Assembly (NCBI GenBank): GCA_963762565.1
Contig: CAVXLD010000003.1
Coordinates: forward strand, 32,001-96,000
Direction of reading: 5' to 3'
Length of the DNA: 64,000 nt
Source of the DNA: an uncultured Verrucomicrobiae bacterium
GTDB taxonomy: Bacteria; Verrucomicrobiota; Verrucomicrobiia; Chthoniobacterales; JAFAMB01
Part shown: positions 58,060 to 64,000 of the stretch, in pieces
Layout of the letters: every line of letters starts with the position of its first letter
How positions within the stretch are numbered: position 1 is the first letter of the stretch
Notes under the pieces: model-generated
Database searches by the model: none
The model's input: the letters and a program-made list of their open reading frames with translations, nothing else
Told to the model about the DNA's origin: nothing
Made by a program: the position numbers and the translations under genes

Positions 58060-58985
58060 TGCGTATTCTGGTTGTGGGCGCAGGATCAACGGGTGGATAT
58101 TTCGGAGGCCGGCTGGCAGAGGCCGGACGCGACGTAACCTTTCTAGTACGACCGAAGCGGGCTGAGCAGTTGCGATTGAACGGTCTTCAGATCATCAGCC
58201 CACACGGTGATGTCACGATCTGGCCGAACCTCGTCGTTGCCGGCGAAATCGCAGCGCCGTTCGATGCCGTATTAGTCGCAGTCAAGGGGTTCTCGCTGGA
58301 ATCAGCCCTTGACGATCTCGCCGGCGCCGTTGGGCCCGAGACGATGATCCTGCCAGTTCTCAATGGCATGAGGCATCTGAACGTACTCGCCGCTCGTTTC
58401 GGCAAGAATTCGGTGGTCGGGGGCGTCTGCAAGGTCGCAACCATTGTCGACGATCGAGGTCGGATTGTTCAACTCAGGAAACTCCAAGAGTTAACCTATG
58501 GAGAAATGAGCGGAGATCGATCATTGCGGACCGATCGACTCGACGAGGTTATGCAAGGGGCCGGATTCGATGCCAGACTGTCACGAACGATCGAGCGCGA
58601 AATGTGGGAGAAGTGGGTTCTCCTGGCTACCATCGGCGGTATCACTTGTTTAATGCGCGGTAATATCGGCGATATTGCGCGTGCGCCTGGCGGAACCGAC
58701 TTCTCGCTGCGGTTTCTCGATGAGGTAACGGCTGTCGTCACTGCCGTTGGCAAAAAGCCGAGCGATGTGTTTCTGACCGACACGCAAGCGCTATTGACGG
58801 AGAAAGAGTCAACGGTGACATCGTCGATGTACCGGGATCTGCAGAACGGCGCCCTGGTCGAAGCCGAGCAAATTATCGTTGACCTGGTGGCGCAGGCACG
58901 AGGGGCTCGGATTACCACACCGCTTCTTGACGCCGCGTTCGCCCATCTCTCGATCTATCAAAGCAGGATAACTAAGTCTTCTTAA
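58056..58985 (+). CDS. panE: 2-dehydropantoate 2-reductase family protein
   Basis: GAGSTGGYFG, AVKG, LNGM, MWEKW, SSMYRD..E. Confidence 0.85.
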   Translation: MMRILVVGAGSTGGYFGGRLAEAGRDVTFLVRPKRAEQLRLNGLQIISPHGDVTIWPNLVVAGEIAAPFDAVLVAVKGFSLESALDDLAGAVGPETMILPVLNGMRHLNVLAARFGKNSVVGGVCKVATIVDDRGRIVQLRKLQELTYGEMSGDRSLRTDRLDEVMQGAGFDARLSRTIEREMWEKWVLLATIGGITCLMRGNIGDIARAPGGTDFSLRFLDEVTAVVTAVGKKPSDVFLTDTQALLTEKESTVTSSMYRDLQNGALVEAEQIIVDLVAQARGARITTPLLDAAFAHLSIYQSRITKSS

Positions 58986-59028
58986 TGCAGAGCGTTTATC
59001 GCGAACTGCCTTAAGAAAACACCGGACA

Positions 59029-59538
59029 GTGTTGCTTTCGACCCAAGGCAATCCGCAGTCGCGGGGGAGCGCATCAAATGAGCGGCTAGGAGGCGGGGAC
59101 GGGGTGAGTGCAAATGTAGAATATCGAAAGGACGGGCTCTCGGCTATATGGAGAGATCTTACCGCGGAACCGGTTTGGAAGTACGAAGAACTACCTCCGC
59201 TACTATTACCTGACTTAACCGGCCTCGATTTATTCGAACTTGGTGACACAGAGCTCGCTCGGGCCCATTGGTTTTGGTCGCGCCGGCCCAAGCTGACGTT
59301 TCCTGAGCGCGCAGCGGTAATGATTGTGGCGTTGTGTGTGTTGATCTGTTTGTCCATTGCGTTGGTTTACTGGCATCACACTTCGGTACTCAAACGCGCT
59401 GTTGAGATGATTATTGTACTCTTCGAAGTAGCGGTTGAGATCTACGCAATCGGACATCGCCTCGAGTTTCTTCGTTGGCGACGCGAGTACGAGCGAAGCA
59501 TCGATCGACTCATCCGGACCCATCATGCGGGGATGTGA
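59029..59538 (+). CDS. Hypothetical membrane protein
   Basis: Two hydrophobic segments near the C-terminus; start uncertain. Confidence 0.5.
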   Translation: MLLSTQGNPQSRGSASNERLGGGDGVSANVEYRKDGLSAIWRDLTAEPVWKYEELPPLLLPDLTGLDLFELGDTELARAHWFWSRRPKLTFPERAAVMIVALCVLICLSIALVYWHHTSVLKRAVEMIIVLFEVAVEIYAIGHRLEFLRWRREYERSIDRLIRTHHAGM

Positions 59539-59587
59539 AAGGCCAATTTTTCTTATATGCATACAACGCATATAGGACATTCTAACA

Positions 59588-59953
59588 ATGCATGTAAGAA
59601 AGATTTGGGATGGCCGGGCTCAGGTCGAGGAGGTTGAAGCCGATGGTCCGAACGGCCATGTCGAAGATATGCAGTTAGCTTTGTATCGTCCTGAGACTCA
59701 CCAGTGGACCCTTAATTTCGCAAGCAGCGCCGACGGCATCTTGAGCGTGCCGGCAATCGGCGAGTTCAAGAACGGACGTGCCGAATTTTATGACTAAGAG
59801 ACGTTAAACGGCAGGGCCATTCTAGTTCGAATCGTCTGGTCCGATATCACTCCGAACTCCCATCGTTTTGAACAGTCATTCTCCGAGGACGGCGGCAAGA
59901 CTTGGGAGCCGAATTTTGTTGCCAATGTGACCAGGGACAACCCGAAAAGCTAA
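59588..59953 (+). pseudogene. 5'-truncated DUF1579-like beta-barrel gene with internal stop
   Basis: GEFKNGRAEFYD*ETLNGRAILVRIVWSDITPNSHRFEQSFSEDGGKTWE continues in frame past TAA 59795-59797. Confidence 0.65.
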
Positions 59954-60178
59954 TTCAGCTCCTCACTGGCGGACGAAGCTAAAGAAGGCACGCGCCGGAA
60001 TCTATCAAAACCGGCGCGTGCATATGAACTTGCCCTTATGGCGGGGCAAGGTACAGACAGAGGAAACAGATAGGCAAGGCGGCATTTTTGCTTTGGTGAA
60101 GATTTGCGGAATATGGACATTAGCCGCGTTCGATTCCACCTGACTTTGTTGCCTGAGAGTTCAGTAGTAGAATCGATC

Positions 60179-60403
60179 ATGGATAATCTTCAACCTGTGA
60201 GCTATGGGGCGGATTCGTCGCCAACCCATCAAGAGGTGATTGTTTCTCGCTTCGATTTTGAGGAAACCCTTGTACAGCTGAGACAGGCGATAGCCAACAC
60301 TGGTGTATGGCTGATTCAAGAGATCAATCCGCAGATGTTCCTTGCGCGCGCGGGCTACGCCATCCAACCCGTTCGCCAGCTTTTCTACTTTCATCCATGG
60401 TGA
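60179..60403 (+). pseudogene. 3'-truncated DUF302-like gene
   Basis: SRFDFEETLVQLRQAI..EINPQ..LFYFHP, cut where it meets the convergent ADH gene. Confidence 0.6.
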
Positions 60404-61403
60404 GGACCATGCGAAACCGAGCGTTTCCGGCTATCATCTTGGCGTAGGCCTCTGGCGCTTTCTCGAGCGGAACCGTTTCGATCATGGCGGAGACGCCGCT
60501 TAGAGCACTGAAACGAAGGGTTGCATCACCGGTTGCCGGATCACCAGTGAGAGCGCCTTCCAGCTTGCGGCTCCCAAATATTAGGTCCATGCTCGACACT
60601 TGAATCGGCTCTGGTCCGATGCCGACAACGATCGCGGTTCCATTTGGACGCAGTCCCTTGAAGGTTTGAGAAACGACCTTACCGCTGGAAGCTGTTATCA
60701 GGATAACCTGTGCGCCGCCGAGCGCCTGCAAAGCCGCAACGGGATCGGTAGCAGCGGTGTCGATATAGTGGTGAGCACCGAGCTTCTTGGCCCGGTCCGC
60801 CTTGTCGGCGCCGCGGGCAATTGCAACAACCTGAAACCCCATGTGGCGAGCGTATTGGACTCCTAGATGGCCCAAACCGCCGATGCCAAGCACCGCAACA
60901 ACATCGCCGACCTTTGCCCGGGCGTCTCGGAGAGCGCTGAACGTCGTAATGCCTGCACAAAGTAGGGGAGCAGCGGCAGCCGATGACAGATCGTCAGGGA
61001 TGGAGACCAGCCCGCTCGCTTTTGCGATCATCACTTCGGCGTATCCGCCGTCATGGTGGATCCCGGTAAATTCCTGATTTTTACAGTTCACCAGGTCGCC
61101 GTTGCGGCAGAACTCGCAATAACCGCAAGAGCCCGCCAGGAACCCAACCCCCACACGCTGGCCGACCGTCCAACCTTGAACACCGGACCCGAGCGCATCG
61201 ATCTTTCCTACGACCTCATGGCCGGGAACCCTCGGCCATTCGATGGCAAATAGTCCATCAACCGTACCGGCATCGGAGTGACAGACTCCGCAAGCTGCGA
61301 CCCGAATGCGAACCTGCCCCGGACCAGGATCTCTGAGTGGCTTGTTTGCCAGAGAGAATTTTCCGGGCTCTGTGACCTCGATCGCCTTATATGTTTCGTT
61401 CAT
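60324..61403 (-). CDS. Zinc-dependent alcohol dehydrogenase
   Basis: CGVCHSD, PGHE, CGYCEFC..C, GIGGLGH; start MNETYKA at 61403. Confidence 0.9.
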   Translation of the reverse strand: MNETYKAIEVTEPGKFSLANKPLRDPGPGQVRIRVAACGVCHSDAGTVDGLFAIEWPRVPGHEVVGKIDALGSGVQGWTVGQRVGVGFLAGSCGYCEFCRNGDLVNCKNQEFTGIHHDGGYAEVMIAKASGLVSIPDDLSSAAAAPLLCAGITTFSALRDARAKVGDVVAVLGIGGLGHLGVQYARHMGFQVVAIARGADKADRAKKLGAHHYIDTAATDPVAALQALGGAQVILITASSGKVVSQTFKGLRPNGTAIVVGIGPEPIQVSSMDLIFGSRKLEGALTGDPATGDATLRFSALSGVSAMIETVPLEKAPEAYAKMIAGNARFRMVLTMDESRKAGERVGWRSPRAQGTSAD

Positions 61404-61461
61404 AGTGCTTTCTGTTGTGCGAATGTTAGTTCTTGGGTGCCTAACTTGAGAGCACTCGCAA

Positions 61462-61685
61462 GGCGCTTCGTTCTCGTCCTCGCCCTTCCGACTTCGCCCA
61501 CGTCCCGGTTGTGGAGCGCGCCTCGCTTGCGAGGCCGACTTCCAGCGGTTGGCAACATAGACCATGGGCTTCGTCGGACAGGCTGTCCTCGAGTCCGGAC
61601 ACGCGGAGTGATGGAGTGTGGGAGTGTTGGAGTACTGCGCCAAGTCCGAAAAGCATCCGCCTTGGCGGATTGGAGATGCTGGAGG
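61462..61685. repeat. Family A repeat, longest copy
   Basis: ggcgcttcgttctcgtcc..inner module..ggagtgttggagtactgcgccaagtccgaaaagca. Confidence 0.85.
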
Positions 61686-62375
61686 TGCGAATGATTCCTT
61701 GCCGAAATTTGGCGGTTGTTGGTGGGTGGCTGTTCTCTAAGCAAACGGAGACCATTTGATCTTGTTCTGGGTCATTACAAAAAAAATCAGATACTACCCG
61801 TTCGTGCAAAAACGCGGACGCAAGGTTTTTGGTTGCTGCTACTGGACGAAATAAAACTCCCTCGTTCGAGGTATCGTCACGATTGTGGAAGGGATTATGT
61901 TACAGACGGGCGCGTCTTAAACATTGGATAAAGGTAAAACTCGCAGAGAATTTGTTTTAGATGTCCGAAGTGATTGCGCTGAAGAACCCCGGGCGTTCAA
62001 GCCCACTCGGGCGTTTCGTGTGGTCTCGTTAGCGGCCCATAGGCGTCAACTTAAGGGGCGTAGCAGCAGGCGGCGTGCACGCACCACCCCTTGCGGAGGG
62101 GAGCCGCATTAAAATGGTTCCGTCCTTGGACCGAGAAAAGGAATTATAGCGAGATGGGCCCAAACGCGTGGACTGCTGCGGCTCCCTGTGCGCGTGGAAC
62201 AACCTAGAGACGCTATCAACCCCAGCGTGTTGAGCGTGCGTTGGGTTCTGGGGCGTCGCATCTCATCGAACGCCATCCCAGCAAACGGTCTGTTTGCGCC
62301 GACATCCGATAGATCTTAAGACGCGGAATGCAACGCCCCTCCGGGCTGGGTCCTGGTGGCGTGCCAGCTGCTGCT

Positions 62376-62529
62376 ACTCCGCTTGGCCGGATTCGAGGAC
62401 AGCCTGTCCGACGAAGCCCACGTTCTATGTTGCCAAGCGCTCGAGGTCGGCCTCGCAAGCGAGGCGCGCTCCACAACCAGACGTTGGCGAAGTCGGAAGG
62501 ACGACGACTAGAACGAGAACGAAGCGCCT
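62376..62529. repeat. Family A repeat, opposite orientation
   Basis: ggattcgaggac-agcctgtccgacgaagc..gaagtcgga-aggacgacgac..gaacgaagcgcc. Confidence 0.85.
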
Positions 62530-62553
62530 TCAGCGCTGAACGCTAAGGAATTT

Positions 62554-63648
62554 CTAGGAGGGATAAGACGATTCTGGCTGACGCCGGATGCGCAGGGCCA
62601 AGCGAATTTCCCGGCGTAAGCGGGCCAACGCTTCGCGGGTGATCACAATATCATTTGCCCGATGCTCGGTCCATTCCCGTGCAGCGGCCTGCAACCTCTG
62701 GTAGCTCCCTCTGATATGCTCTGCGGTTCGTACGGAGAGGGCGCTGTTGGTCAGATGTTCTCGGAGTTTCCGTTCCGCTTCAGCGAGTTCGCTTAGAATG
62801 ATCTTCTCCGATGGGACGGTGCGAAGCTGCTTGACCAGGCCGATCTTGGAAAGGAGCCATATAATCCATTTGGTCGGGTCGATCTGCCACGACTTTACCC
62901 CGTTGCGGTAGTCGTGCTGAAACTCGTGATGGTAGTTGTGGTAGCCTTCTCCCAAAGTGATAATCGCCATCAGCCATGAGTCGCGGGCGCTGCATTTAGA
63001 CGAATACGGTTGCGAACCGAGGTAGTGACAGAGCGAATTAATACAAAAGGTACAATGCTGAAGAACAACCACACGTAGCACCCCTGCAACCAGCAGAGCT
63101 CCCAGCGCTGGTCTCCAGCCACCCCAGGCAAAAGCGATGGCGCAAGGGAAAACGAAGGCCGTCGCGAAAGCAATGATGTTGATGTGGCGATGCTGCCAGA
63201 GGAGAAGTGGATCTTTTTTCAAATCAGCGACGTTCTCCAAATCGGTTTCCGGTCTCAACTTGAACATCAGCCAACCCATGTGCGCCCAGAACAGGCCTCT
63301 CGAGATACTATAGAGGTCATCGTCGTGATCCACGTGCTTATGATGATTTCGATGTTCGGAAGACCACCAGAGGACAGAACTTTCAAACGCGCCAGCTCCG
63401 AAGACGACTATGAATAGACGCACAAGCCAATGTGCCCGAAAACTTAGATGCGAAAATAGGCGATGGTACCCTAAGGTGATAGAGAACCCGCATGCAAAAA
63501 GCATGAAGAAAAACAATACAACTTGGAATGCGTCGATTCCGAAGAAGTAGAGATAAACCGGTACCGCCGTGAGCGAAAGAAACAGGGTACTGATGAGGAA
63601 TGAACTAACGAGCCAATTAACTCTTTTGAAAGGAAACCGAGAAAACAT
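62554..63648 (-). CDS. Delta-9 acyl-CoA-type fatty acid desaturase
   Basis: GYHRLFSH, HRNHH, NSLCH, GEGYHNYHHEF, DPTKW. Confidence 0.92.
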   Translation of the reverse strand: MFSRFPFKRVNWLVSSFLISTLFLSLTAVPVYLYFFGIDAFQVVLFFFMLFACGFSITLGYHRLFSHLSFRAHWLVRLFIVVFGAGAFESSVLWWSSEHRNHHKHVDHDDDLYSISRGLFWAHMGWLMFKLRPETDLENVADLKKDPLLLWQHRHINIIAFATAFVFPCAIAFAWGGWRPALGALLVAGVLRVVVLQHCTFCINSLCHYLGSQPYSSKCSARDSWLMAIITLGEGYHNYHHEFQHDYRNGVKSWQIDPTKWIIWLLSKIGLVKQLRTVPSEKIILSELAEAERKLREHLTNSALSVRTAEHIRGSYQRLQAAAREWTEHRANDIVITREALARLRREIRLALRIRRQPESSYPS

Positions 63649-63669
63649 AGGGGGATCTGGAACATTGCC

Positions 63670-63960
63670 TCAACCTGGTAGGGCATCAAACGAGGATGTG
63701 CGTCGTACAGCATGTACGCTGAACTGATTCATGACCTCCTGAAAAATACGGGTTTTGCTTAAGCCGTGGTCGGGGCCGGCGAGACGCTCACATCCTGTAT
63801 CACTAATGATTAGAAGACTACCGCTGCACTTGTAGACAGTGAAAGTCCTCTCCTGGCCAGTTAAATCATCGATGCCGACTAATTCCCCCCACAGCGCCTG
63901 AGCAGAGTCGTTCATTTTATCGGAATCAATTTTTCCTGGTTTCATATAAAGAAACAGCAA
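63670..63960 (-). CDS. Hypothetical protein
   Basis: ORF only; start uncertain. Confidence 0.35.
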   Translation of the reverse strand: MLFLYMKPGKIDSDKMNDSAQALWGELVGIDDLTGQERTFTVYKCSGSLLIISDTGCERLAGPDHGLSKTRIFQEVMNQFSVHAVRRTSSFDALPG

Positions 63961-64000
63961 GCTGCGCTTAGAACCAACCAGCCACCGGCAATCAACTAAG

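Noticed and set aside
61404..61643. 80-aa N-terminal extension of the ADH in the ORF track
   Set aside because: It is the translation of a family A repeat; the paralog at 33175 supports the start at 61403

Overview
Bacterial accessory region, probably from a soil Verrucomicrobiota-like genome (inferred from gene and repeat style only). From left to right it holds a duplicated two-component signalling island (FixJ-type, single-domain and sigma54 response regulators, a PAS histidine kinase and a 1955-aa Ser/Thr kinase-AAA-GAF-PAS-histidine kinase), FUSC and EmrAB efflux systems, tandem aldo/keto reductases, a REP-flanked Y1 (IS200-like/RAYT-type) transposase pseudogene, an egtB-egtD-ABC transporter ergothioneine cluster, redox enzymes, two desaturases, an orphan-rich patch with PIN and DUF3892 genes, and a MarR-tautomerase locus. 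Small palindromic repeats, MITEs and gene stubs are dense throughout. The top finding is an IS110 element (52808-54410) inserted at a CT core in a REP palindrome. Its upstream non-coding end shows a readable bridge-RNA-like structure: two guides match the REP target flanks, one guide matches the right donor flank, and a sigma70-like promoter forms only at the circle junction. Other highlights are nested repeats inserted in frame in the giant kinase, and inverted microsatellite arms that bracket a four-helix-bundle gene and several empty sites between stop and start codons. All calls come from manual motif reading; no searches or folding were run.
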